Positions 1-12,700 of a stretch of 64,000 bases of DNA are shown one piece after another. The position numbers and the translations under genes are program-made. Location: NCBI RefSeq assembly GCF_036588685.1, contig NC_086374.1, positions 88,164,001 to 88,228,000 of the forward strand, written 5' to 3'. A model generated the notes under the pieces. That model saw nothing but the letters and a program-made list of their open reading frames with translations. It made no database searches and was not told the DNA's origin. The DNA is from Mytilus trossulus (taxonomy: Eukaryota). The stretch's first letter is position 1; every line of letters starts with the position of its first letter.

Positions 1-26
1 GATTCAAGGATTAAAATTTTATATTT

Positions 27-71
27 GCGCCAGACGCGCGTTTCGTCTACTAAGGAATCTTCATTGACTCT
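27..71 (-). ncRNA. Degenerate hammerhead copy
   Basis: AGAC GAAAC gcgc GUC uggcgc is intact but the CUGANGA box reads AUGAAGA. Confidence 0.55.
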
Positions 72-594
72 TTTATTTTCATTTAAACGTTGTGGTTGTT
101 TCACCGGAAATGACCAAGGAAATAGCTCGATTGACGACACAAAATTTAGTTTTTAATTCTAGCTTTTCATCTATTATCTTATAATCCTTCATTCTAATTG
201 AAAGATTTCTTTTTGAAAAAGTAATATCAACACGAATTATGAATAATTTAGAAAACTGTTTCATGAAAACATTTCATAGCATACATGTTCAGTTGAATTT
301 TAATAAAGATTTGATTCTCGTTTAGCCTCGTTGTTATTTACCACCTTCTAATCAATATTCTGCCCAGAACGGGCACACTTCAAACTACATTACCTATGAC
401 AACTTTATTTCCTTTGCTAGTCAAGTAAAGTCCTTTAATAGCTATAATACCAGTCAAATGTTTATGGGTTACGAATGTGGCCTAATTTTACATACATATA
501 TGGTCAGCTCGTATATGATGTATAAGTAAAACACAGAAAATGCCTCAAGATATGAATTTGAGTAGTCAATAAAATTAACGGTACCAATTTTCTT

Positions 595-638
595 GCACCA
601 GATGCGCATTTCGACAATACATGTCTCTTCAGTAATGT
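595..638 (-). ncRNA. Minimal type I hammerhead ribozyme (second family)
   Basis: acauua CUGAAGA GACA-uguau-UGUC GAAA U-gcgc-AUC^uggugc; within a retrozyme-like repeat at ~569-850. Confidence 0.85.
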
Positions 639-2491
639 TCGTGGCCAAAATATTCAAAATCCAAAGCTTATATAAAAGATGGAAGAGCTATAATCCAAAA
701 GGTCCAAAAAGTATAGCCAAATTCGTGAAAGGAATCAGAGCTATGCATGAGGGAGATACATTCCTTAATTTATAATAATTTCTAATATTTTATAACAGCA
801 AATTTTAATAACACAAAAAAAACCGTATTTTCATGCCAGTACCGAAGTGTTGTCAACTGTTGTCAACTGGACTACAGGTTTATGATTGTTTGCTAAACAT
901 AATGGTATATGGTAAATATAGGAAAATGCATATGTTTGTGAACATACAAAACTAAGAAAACGCACTCTACTTTTGAAACTACATATTCTTTCTTTTCTTT
1001 TGTTATTTGGGTTGTGTGTCTGGTGTTAGTGATCGTGTCCTATTTTGATAAAATCTATTATCCATGAATTAAAGGTTTCATAGTCCCGTCTTTTCAATTT
1101 CTGTTCTTATTTCAATAGAAATGTTGACAGTCCTTCCCTCCCAATGCGAGCGTAAAAAATGTCTGGACGCTCAACCGTCTATTTTAGTTTGATGTTTAAA
1201 GACCAAGATTGCTTCTGTCAGAGCTAAACACTTATTTATGTTTATAGAAAAATGAAACTGAAACTTCTTGACAATTCTGTTTAAAAGCCGGATTACTGTA
1301 CATGTTGTATAGTGATGTATGTCGATTGTTGTGGACCCACTGGGAACAATGAATACATATTTTATGTAATTATCCTCTTCTACAGTTCTCAACCCATGTC
1401 ATTGAAATTTTAAAACAAAGTGTGCATACTTTATGGTGTTGCTTTTAGAAAATTTCCTTCCCATTTCTCATTAATTTAACGTTTTATATCTTCATATTTA
1501 AAATATTAATTATAGACTATCAGCTTGTGGCACGGTTTTAAATGTTCCTGTAATATATGGCAAACATTAATAAGTTGCATGCATTGACAAATTGGAACTA
1601 TTCACTCAGATTGATTTTTAGAATTCTCTAGAAATATTTTGAGTTAGAAATAGAGAAGTAATTTTTCATTTATTAATGCATTATAATATTATTTTATTAG
1701 AATTTAACTTTGATTGTAATTTTGTTAACAGATCTATGAACTTTTTATGGACTGGAAAATTACAGTCAAGATTCGTATTTTAAAATTACCTTTCCGTAGT
1801 AATAGTGACTGTTGAACATATTGAATTTTCGGATACCAAATTTCAACCATTACTTGTTTCTAAATCATTGAAACCAAATTTAATTCTTAATAGAAGGGGG
1901 CGAAAGATACGAGAGGGACAGTCAAACTCATAGATCGAAACAAACTGACAACGCCATGTCTAAAAATGGAAAAAGACAAACAGACAAATAATAGAACATA
2001 TGACACAACATAGAGAACTAAAGACTAAGCAACACGAAGCCCACCAAAAACTGGCACTTTCATAGACAAGATGGTTATAAACCCATAACAGGTGTCCAAT
2101 AACAAAATAGGTATTAACCAATTCATTCAATACATTTATTGGCATTCAAATCACAACAGTTAAAGGACGATTAAAATATGAAGTAGAGAAGCATTAGAAA
2201 CTAAAAATTCCAAAAAGTTATGCCAAATATTCCAAAGCAATATATGTATTAAGGAAGAAACCAAAGAGCTATGAAAGAAATTTGTAAGCAGTAAATTTAC
2301 AGAAAATAATAGTCTAAATGATTCAAAATGGCAATACATGAAGGCTGTGAAAAAGTGCAATATTGCCTTTAAAATATATAGTTTTAATAGCACTTAAACA
2401 TAGCATTCGTTTCTACTTGAAGAAATATCATGCTTTTATAAATATTGTTGTATGCAGTACCTTAACCGTCATATTTGTTTTTGTTTATTAG

Positions 2492-2739
2492 GTGATTCCT
2501 TGCAGCGACAAAATGGTCAGAAGTTTTCCACATATGACAGAGACAACGATATATATTCTGGTAACTGTGCACAGATATATAAAGGAGCGTGGTGGTATAG
2601 TAACTGTCATGATTCGAATCTAAATGGTCTATATCTAAGGGGACACAATAGTCAATCTGCTTTAGGCATGGTATGGAAAGCATGGCTCGGATACGACTAC
2701 TCGCTTAAAACTACAACCATTATGATTCGAAAATACTGA
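2492..2739 (+). CDS. Terminal coding exon of a fibrinogen-related domain (FReD/ficolin-like) protein; upstream exons not found in window
   Basis: GDSL..QNGQKFSTYDRDND..GNCAQIYKGAWWYSNCHDSNLNGLY..W..W.GYDYSLKTTTIMIR is the FBG C-terminal signature; pyrimidine-rich AG acceptor at 2490-2491 (phase 1); TGA stop overlapped by ATTAAA. Confidence 0.93.
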
Positions 2740-5700
2740 TTAAAGCAAATTGAAATTGAATTTAAAAAGTTTAAAACCTCATTGTCTTTGTCAATGGTTG
2801 ACAGAAAATTGGTTTTATAGTACATTGTATGCAAATTTGAAACGCTGTTGATGAAAAGAAAAAAACACTACTCTATCATGAATTGGTTGCCAGTTATGAA
2901 ATATCCATTTTACAGATGATATAGATATGCTCTGTATGTCGTATCTACAAAACCGTCCCTCTTTTTCGAAATTGACCTACCGAATAAGAGTTATTACCGG
3001 GTCTGTACTAAAAAAAGCTAAACATCTCAATTATCTCCATCACATTTTCATAAAAGAAATAATGTTAAGGTTATATTTTTACTGCAAGAGGATCAAAAGT
3101 GGTCTCTTAGTAATCAAAATGTGCTTCCCACCATTAAAGACGAAGAAACAAGATAAAATGTATCAATTCTGCTGAATGTATTCTCTCGTCTGAAAAACGA
3201 TCACCGTAACATTTATTCAAAAACCTTTATCATACAAACAAACGTTTGAAAAATGAATGTTTGGATTTTAAAAAAATCAGCAAATACCAATAGAACGGAA
3301 ATTAATTATAAGTCAACAAACATTAAACAATATAGTGGTGTGACATCGGATTGACAATGTCATTACTACTAAAAAGACAATTATATCCAATATACATATC
3401 TTTTAAAACTCTTGAATATTAAAGATCAGGTTTTTTTAATATAAAATATCGATGAAACTACATACTTCTAAATTCTAAATTCTAAATAATAAAATTAAGT
3501 ACAAAATATAAAACACTAGAAAACAAATAGAACTTTCCCTATATTAAAAACGATATATTGAAGATCATCGAAAATTTGGCGTATTTCAAATTAAACTTGG
3601 ATATGAAAATACACTTGCAATCCTATGATTAACTGATACTTCTTTAATTGTATATGATTAAGGTATCCTAAAATCTATATTGAAATGTATAATAAGCTTT
3701 TGACGTCTCCGTTTCTTTAAAACCAAAGAGTTGTCTCATTGGCGCGCACATCAAATAGTCTTACTGTCATATTTATCGTATGCTTTACAGATTTATATTT
3801 TTTGTAATGAGTACGGTGTTTTCAAAACTAGTTATTCAGAGAAAATCTTATTTCAACTGATACGACAGAAACAATTAAAATAAGACAAAAACATCTGCTT
3901 CAATTGTTAATATCTGAAATTTAACGGTTTTTTAGATTGTAATCGGGCTTCATATTTTTTTTGGTTTACTGGAATGATAATGACAACTGATATTACGTTT
4001 TTTTACCCTGAGGAAATCTGTACACTTGCAATACTTTTGAATTATTTTAATGAAGTAACCAATTAAAAAAAAGAATAATATTGTATGGACAATATTTTTG
4101 ATTATATGCAATTACGTTTATACATGGGAACTGCTATATCGGGTGTAAAATCACCTATTTTGTCCCCTTCTTTTCATTGCTATTATAACTGTCAGGTGCA
4201 CGCTTTGTATCGGTATAAACATTAAAAAAAAAATGCGGTATGATTCCACATGTCATTTTCAATCTGAGACCAAATGACCAATATGTAAGCAACTATACAT
4301 TCCCATCCGGAAGTTTACAATGATTCAAACCAATAACGCATAGCTGATATCTCTGTATTAAGCGTCAAGAAAACCCCATCCTACTTGTTAAAATTGTTCA
4401 TAATTCCGATTTTTTTACAAACTTAATCTATAAAAAAAATAAAATTGAAACAGTTAAATAAGGGATAACCTCTCCTGTAGTTGTGAATTCAGAGATATAC
4501 AATACTTTGAAATCGTTTATAAAGGGACTTAAAATTACACGTCCGGTCGGAATGGGGACGTTTAATCATACGCTTTGTGTTGTGAGAGTGACACGCTCTC
4601 TGTACGTTAAAGCATATTTGCAATAACACTGAGATGACTTTAGGTGATCTATATCTACGTTTATATTCCAGTGAGAGTTTAAATTTTACTCTCTTCCTTG
4701 GCAACCTACATAACGGATCTTTCTTATTGTAGTATTTGTTATTTCGGCCTGATTCTGCATGCATTATTTATCACTGGGAGTTAATAAATGAAAACAAAAT
4801 ATCAATCGATGTACAGTTTCATCGTCTAAAGACATTGTAAAAAGAGGGGCGAAAGATACCAGAGTTTCAGTCACACTCATACAACGAATATACACTGCCA
4901 ACTCAATGGCTAATAAAGAAAAAGATAAACAGACAAATAATAGTACACAAGACACAACATAGAAAACGAAAGACCAAGCAACACAAACACCACTTGCGAC
5001 CAAAAATTAACATCAAAAATATTGTTTCCAATGTATGAGAAATCGTAACAATTAGCATATGGAAACTTTAAAGTACACACAAATAAGGATCAACGTTATA
5101 TGTGAAAGGGAAAAGACCACAGGCGAACATTATTTAACCTATTTCAATAAAATATCAACGAATATAACAGAGAAATTAATTGATGTCAAACTTTTTTATT
5201 GCCTCGACAGAAAGTAAAGATCCTTAAATACCTCTGTGGTAGCTCAAGTTTATCTGTCAATTCAGTTGAGTAACTTCATTGCATCATGAAGAAAAATGTC
5301 ACCAGGGAATACAAAATATTGTACTTTAGATAATTAAAACTGGATAAAATTGCAGACGCATCAGTGTGATAAATACGACGACAAACTGCATGTTGATACT
5401 AAATGATATCTACAAAAGCAAAGAAATTATAAAAAAAACACAATTTCTATTTTATATGTAGTGTAAAGTGAGTTTGAATTGGTCCATAGTTTACTTTAAT
5501 TACATTTCATGGTTCTCTGCAGTTAAGGGAGCAAACGATTTTTCTTAGGATCGTTAAAGTATGGGGCTAACAATTTCTGTTTCTTACCTTGAGTTTCGGG
5601 ACCTAGAGCATAAATAACATTTTAACAGTAAAGGATTTCAGAAATCAAAATCTTTATACTTTTTTTTTTATAAAGCACTGTTTTCTTTTCCTTTCAAAAA

Positions 5701-7127
5701 AATGTTTCTATTGAATATTATTCTAATTAACATTTGTCCTATGGTCTCATATGTTAATTCCTATTTTTTTGGCGAACCCAATTACTGTTTGTATAAAAGA
5801 AGAAGATGTGGTATGATTAACAACGAGATAACTCTTCACAAGAGATCAAATGACACAGAAAATAACAACAACAGGTCACCGATTGTTTTAACATTTTACG
5901 TCAACTTGAAATAAATTCTATGTTGTATTATTTCATTTAAAGAGTGGATTGACATCAGTTTGAGAGTTCATTGGCCTTTGAAAAACCTTCATGTTGCAAT
6001 AAACCAAACAGTCTAGCTGGAGAACTTAAGCTCAGGGAAATATTTTAAAACATTTATTTGAAAAGTTGTTAACTTTAATCTAAATACACAAATTCAATTG
6101 GTTTTTTGCATATAAACAATGCTTAAATATCAATGATATATGTACCATTGTTACGAAGGCGTAAAAGGTCTCGCTACAGCTTGGCGCTATGCGTTTGTTC
6201 GTCCGTTCATCAACCAAAAAATTAAACTTGCTTCTAAACCGCAGTTAATCTGATTTTATGTGAACTTACATGACTTAGTTGATTTTATTTTTAAATACTT
6301 ACATCAACACATTTTCTATATGTGCCTGTTCTAATTCAGGAGCCTGTTGGTTTTGTTGATTTACGTAATACATTTCATATTGGTTTTTTTTGTAAATTTG
6401 GTTTGCTATAAATTAGGTCTGTAGTCTTCTCATATTTTTAACCCGGTGTATTTTATAGTTTATGTTTGTTTTTCTTCTCATAGATGAAGGGCGTACACTA
6501 GACAATTATTGCTTATATCCACTTGATTTGGACTTTGTGGATAGTTGTCTCATTGACATTCATTCTACATCTTCTTTATTTCATAAGCCTTATTAACGTG
6601 AGCCTATTTATACATAATAATAATTACATTTCTCCCATTTTCCATATTTTAAATTTGTAACAATTTCCAGATTACATAATTGAAAATTGATTTTGTAAGA
6701 ACAATATTTGAGAAAAACAAATTGTATGACACCTGCAATTCTACAGGCTGTCAGAATTATGGAACAATCATTACCGATGCCGAGGAAATATTGCAGTCTT
6801 ATTGCAATACGTATAAGAACATGACAACCTACATTTCACCCAACTTGATATGTTCTTTCATTTGCAACTAAGTTGACCTCTAGATGTATTTTCGTGTTTC
6901 TGTATCGCTAATGTGTTGTCTATTTGGCCACATTTGATAAATGTCCAGTAACGTCTAATTTATATCTTGCTTCAAATTGTCAACAGCAAAATATGCTGCT
7001 ACAAGACAGCACTCACGCCGCAAAGAGGAAATGGTTTAATGTAATTCTCAATTACTTGTTTCCCAATCCACTATACATAATTTTTTGTAAACTAAAAAAA
7101 ATCATGAATCTACTTACGATTGTAAGA

Positions 7128-7495
7128 GCGTCTTGGATAATCCTTTTTTGTTCTGGTATCTATGATTTTGATTTCAACCCCTGGGTCTTTTGGCGTTGTT
7201 GGTGGAGGTTTTCTAACCGAGCATATGACCAGCCCAGTAGTTAGCAATTATGTGTTGACATGAATCATAACTTATATTGTCATAATGTCAATGAATTGTT
7301 TGAAAACTGTTACTTTTTTCGAAAAGCTGAGGATTTTCTACCCGAGGAATGGATTGACTAAGCTGTTTTTGGCAAAACCTGTTTGAATTTTGGGTCCCAA
7401 ATACTCTTTATCTGCGTTTTTAATTTGCATTTTTACCGTTTACATTTCAGCGTCACTGATGAGTCTTTTGTAGACGAAACGTGCGTCTGGTAGAA
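7128..7495 (+). mobile_element. Retrozyme-like monomer (~355 nt between hammerhead cleavage sites)
   Basis: Remnant gcgtc(t)tgg at 7128-7136 and full HHR at 7450-7492; central ctgggtc..tggtggag..accagcccagtag block. Confidence 0.7.
7450..7492 (+). ncRNA. Minimal type I hammerhead ribozyme
   Basis: gcguca CUGAUGA GUCU-uuugu-AGAC GAAA C-gugc-GUC^ugg; intact core, predicted cut after 7487. Confidence 0.85.
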
Positions 7496-9516
7496 AAAAT
7501 AAAAATATCAAACATTGATAAGTTAATTTGATATAATAACCTTGATGAGTTAATTTGATATAATGATCAGGTATGGTGAAGACTCGGTATTGTTATGTAA
7601 AGTATGATTTTAGTAAATTGTATCTCAACTTCTACTTGTGTTGGTATAGAGTAAAGTAAGTAGTGATGTATAACCATAAGATCTGATATAGTACTGGAGA
7701 CTAGTTAAAAACAAAAATTATTTCATCCTGTTTATTATGTATGTATATATATATATATATATATATCCCTAACTTCCGCCTTACTAGGTACATCGATATC
7801 TTTTACCAGATATAACGCATACGTCCATTAATTTCAAACTCTATATTTACAAATATCCGTACTTATTTTTGTTTTGTTTTTTATTATCAAATAATGACTT
7901 TTACTACTTTTTAAAAGTTTTTTTTTGACACACGTCATATTATTGTGAAGAAACGAGTTAATGACATTATCTTCATGCTTAATTACACCCACCATTCAAA
8001 TGTAAATAACTCCTCATACTGAAACATTCCTGTCAGAAATTCAAATGTAAATGACCCCATCTACTGAAATAATCCTGTAATAAATTAGTATTTATATGCC
8101 AATCGAACGTCAAAAACTTCGAGAGACGGCAAAAGTTCAAGTTCATTTCTATCAAGTACAGGATTTATAGCTAGAAGTTCACCGATAGGTCTTAATAAAA
8201 TCTGTAAAATGTCTGCTCTTCTGTCACTCCAAGGTCATGGTCAGTGTTTGCATTGTTTCCATAACTCAGTTCAGTAATACAGTAAACAACAGAGGAAATG
8301 ACAGAAATACAATATCGAAGCCTTTGTTACAGATTTCTTGTCTAGGTTTGTCACCATATGCTTCGTTAAAGTGTAACGTTATTTTTGGACAGTGACAAAC
8401 AAAATGTGTTCTTGTTGTGATTTGTTAATAGACATGTATGCCATGATAACTACATCACTAGTTGAACATGTGGAAGACCCATAAATTTCAAACCCTTTTT
8501 TTAGTTTTGACTCTTGGTAGGAATTACAATAAGCCTACCAAACATTGATTGTAAAACTAAAATTCATCCTTTGTGGGCAGCCTAAAGTTGATAAAAATTA
8601 GCGGCGTGTATAAATATAAAACAAAACTAGCGGATTAATTCCGTATAAATATTTTTTTTTATAAAATGCGCTATGTTCACCATGGTAATTCACCTAAAAC
8701 ATCAACATAATTACTTTTCTAGCGACTCATTCGTTATACGTGCTTGCAGATAAACTTTGAAGACAGGATTGCAAACATTTAATATTGGAGTTCGTGTTAT
8801 TTATTCTTTAGTTTTGTATGTTGTGTAATGTGTACTATTGTTTGTTTGTTTGTCCTTTTGTTGTGTCACGTGCACTATTGTTTGTCTGTTTGTCCTTTTC
8901 ATTTTTAGCCATGGTGTTGTCAGTTTATTTTCGATTAATGAATTTTACTGTCCCTCTGGTATATTTCGTCCCTCTCTTATATAAGCTATACCGATAAGGG
9001 ATAATTCAAAGTTCCTTCATTCATGAATATATTCATATGTATAAACAGGGGTAATTTGATTACCTAAAACTGTACCTTAAGGTTTGCAATAACAGATTGC
9101 ATTTCTTGCGTATGTTGGTAAAAGATAACCTAATTTCACCACTTTAACTGTGATGATGATTGAAAATGAAATGTTTCATTTTTTTTTATGTTTTTAACAA
9201 GCCTTTTCAATTAAAACGACACAACAAATGAATATAAGGTTGAGGTTACACAAGAAATTTACAAAATTTGATACATAATGGCAGTTCATTGTATCGTTTT
9301 TTGTTGTTATTCTATTTATCATACTGGGCTCTACACGGCATAAGTTTTTGCATAAATATGGAAATGAAGTGTATACTAATTTAGACGATTCAACCAACAA
9401 GCAGTATTTCAGCATTGAATGGCAGAAAAACTACTGGTGAAGTAGGTGAAATTAAAAGAGAAATAGCATATTTATATAAAAAGCTCACAACCTTTATTGA
9501 AAACGTCAAACATATA

Positions 9517-9768
9517 TCATAAAAACTCCAAATCTTGATCAGAAACAGAAAATCTAGAATTTTTTACAAATCCAGAGTCACTGCAGGGATCTATTGTAAT
9601 TGTATATCTATCCGGAAGATGTGTTCGGAACTCATGTACCGACGCGACATCATCACATTCAAAATGTCTTATAAAAATCGGACTATTGTTGTATTCAGCA
9701 CTTATTGCTAGTCTTTGTTGAGATCTTTTCTCTAGTTGACAATTCAGGTCTTTAATTTGGTCTTCCAA
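9517..9768 (-). CDS. GABBR1: GABBR1 last coding exon ([19 protein letters not shown]...DLEFL*)
   Basis: tttcag acceptor, continues the coiled coil in frame, TGA stop; AATAAA at 9498-9493 (-). Confidence 0.88.
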   Translation of the reverse strand: MEDQIKDLNCQLEKRSQQRLAISAEYNNSPIFIRHFECDDVASVHEFRTHLPDRYTITIDPCSDSGFVKNSRFSVSDQDLEFL

Positions 9769-12700
9769 CTGAAATTCGGTTAAATCGTAATAATAAATCA
9801 TGGAAAACAGTTCATATATACTTTTTCGGTAAATATATGTAAAATTTTGTAGTACATCTTTTTTGCTCTCATAACATAGGTACTCCTCAAACTCATAATT
9901 TAATGTGTATGTTCCGAAACTCCAAAAAGAGACATATCTTTGCAGTTTTTAATCGTAAGACAACAGTACCTAAAACATTTGTCTGATTTGAAGAGATAAC
10001 AGATTTGTTCTTTTTAATGTATTGACATTTTATCTGAATCTTCATTGCACACAGGTGACACATTCATAGGAGAAGATTTCTTTGGTCTTGTTTTGAGTTC
10101 CCTTTAAGGCTTTTTCTTGGTTCGTTTGTTCAAAATTAATTTATTAGATTAAAACATTGATTCAGTAGTGTTGCTGATTATCTATTTTCGTAATAGATTT
10201 AAGATTTTCGAGAAGTAATTTATTACTATGTTTTAGACCAGACGAAGAACATCAAAAGCAAAAGCAAAAACAGAAATCAGAAGTCGACATCAGGTCTTAC
10301 ACAAACTACAGGTCAAGACAAACATTGAACTAGCTACAATATCTGTGAATACTTTTAGTCAATCCCGTTCGAATTGACATTTACAGCTTGCACATATAAT
10401 GTGCCAAAGCACCACTGGGTCATGTAAGGGGAGGATTGAACGCTCACAATCATGTTTCATCCCGCCATTATTTTGTATATCAAATTTATACATTTTTACA
10501 TGTTCTAACGTTATTTTTCTATTCGTAAAGTATTATATTTGAAATAACAGTACTGTAGTTGAGGAGTTGCCACCGTCAATTTTGATTTTATGGTCACAAA
10601 TTTCTGTTTAACTGTCTCCTCTAAGCGTCGCCAGTAAAACTGTATTTTCCACCATCAAATCGACAATTGACGGTGGAAACTCTTCAACTACAGTACTATT
10701 ATTGCTAAAATGTATGCAAAATACATGCACATACCTCTGAAAGCTGGTTTTTAAATTCATCATTTTCTCTCAGCAGTTTTTGATGTCTTTCTTCCTCTTC
10801 ACGACTAGCATGTGACTCTGTTATGGTTTTTATTTCTGAATTATATTTCTTGGGTCGCTTTTTTATTTCTATCATCTAAAATAAATAAGCAGAAATTAAA
10901 AGAACTGCTAAACTTGAGTTCCTTTGAGTTTTGCAATGCCAGACGTAAACTATGTACCTGGTGTGATTCTAAATTTAATCACATATTGGTTTACGACTGC
11001 GACTGTCATCGCCGGTTGCATGACCTTTTAACTTGTTTTCGGTGAAGTTTTAAAAAAAATATATGTATAATTGAGTGACTGACCTTGGGTGGCAAGTTTT
11101 GACCTCAAAATCATACTAGAGTCAACATTTAATTAAGACAGATTAATGATAGACCAAAACATTCATCATCCATTTTTCATCATGCTTATAGTTTATTTGT
11201 TCTTATAAGCTCGCTCACTGTAGCGCATACCAAATCTTTATTTCCGTCAACCATCCATTTTTTGCTTCGTTTTTTTTACATCATGTTACCGCCCTTATTC
11301 CAATCTGTTCGCCAAGAAATGCCTCATGTGGAAATAAATTCTTTCAGAAAGTAAAATAAATAAAAACTCTAAGGAAAATTCAAAACAGAAAGTCCCTTTT
11401 AAAATGGAAAACTGAAAGCTGAAAAATATCAAACAAATGGATAAAAACTGTCATATTCTTGACTTGGAACAGGCATGTCCATATATAGAAAATGGTGCAA
11501 TTGACTCACTTGACTTCCCTATATTTACAAGTCTATATGTGTTTATCATATGGAAAACAAATGATGATGCAACAGCTCTAATGATTACAAACACTGGTCT
11601 ATGAGGATATAACGCATAAACGCATAAGAGTTGACTACAGTTTTAGATGGAGACGCGTACGATGACGACGAACCCAGTCAAACTCATTTTCAAGTTCGAC
11701 GAGTCTATCAGTTTTGATTTGTTATTTTGATTTGTATCTTCTTAGATTTCAACATCAGTTAACTTATTTTACATACACGTCAACTACGCCACTTGTTTAG
11801 ACTTGTGTGAGATACTTTGGCAGTTGTTGTCTTATCTTATGTCATATCTCGATGCTTTATGTTATCCACTGAATTTTGTGTTATCGGTAAATCTTGTTTA
11901 CAAATATAGTATGTGAATTATAGACCAAGTACAATTTTAAAAGGGCTTAAAACAATGTTAAGAATGTGTCTTATAGAAGACTAATGTTTGTTTTTAAGAT
12001 GTTTTTTTTGTTGTTTATTGTTGTTAGGATTCTGTCTCATTGACGTATACTTCACAAAAATTACAATCTTACCTTTGGAACAAAAATAAGACCCGTGGAT
12101 AATAAGCTGCATAGAAGAATGGCTAAAGACACAAAGGCAAAGCTGGCATCTTGTTGATTGTTTATAAGTAGTGTAATAGGAGCAGTTATTACACAAAGCA
12201 CCTGTAAAGTACAAAATATGCAGAAAGTTAACCTCTGTATTTTATCGGCAAACGATGGAGCATGTACTCGTTACTTAATAGTTATACTTAAAAAAAAAAT
12301 ATATAAAAATACAACAAGGCTTCTAATTAAGTACGATAGACATTAGTTCATTTTACTCATTAGTTGCAGTGAAATAAAAAAAATATAATGTGGAAACCAA
12401 TTATTAAGTTGAAGTCATCAGTGTTGCAATTCAAAAATCTCTCCAAAATTAATGCCAAGTATGGCTGCGACCATCTATGCATAAGGACAGAACAACCACA
12501 GTATTACAAGTTTTCACGTTACATAATCCGATACATTTGTACACAAATAAAGAAAAACAATTAAAAAGGCTTCAATCAATAGAGCAATGCTCCGACATTT
12601 TGGCTGATACTTTGAATCTCAATCGAATAAAACCTCAAATTTTTAACATATACAATACAAAGATGCAATAGAACCGAATGATTTACATTTGCTTCTTTTA

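Noticed and set aside
7740-7766. (TA)n tracts here and near 17198 and 39982; T-run near 22013; G-run near 30457
   Set aside because: Ordinary microsatellites or homopolymers.
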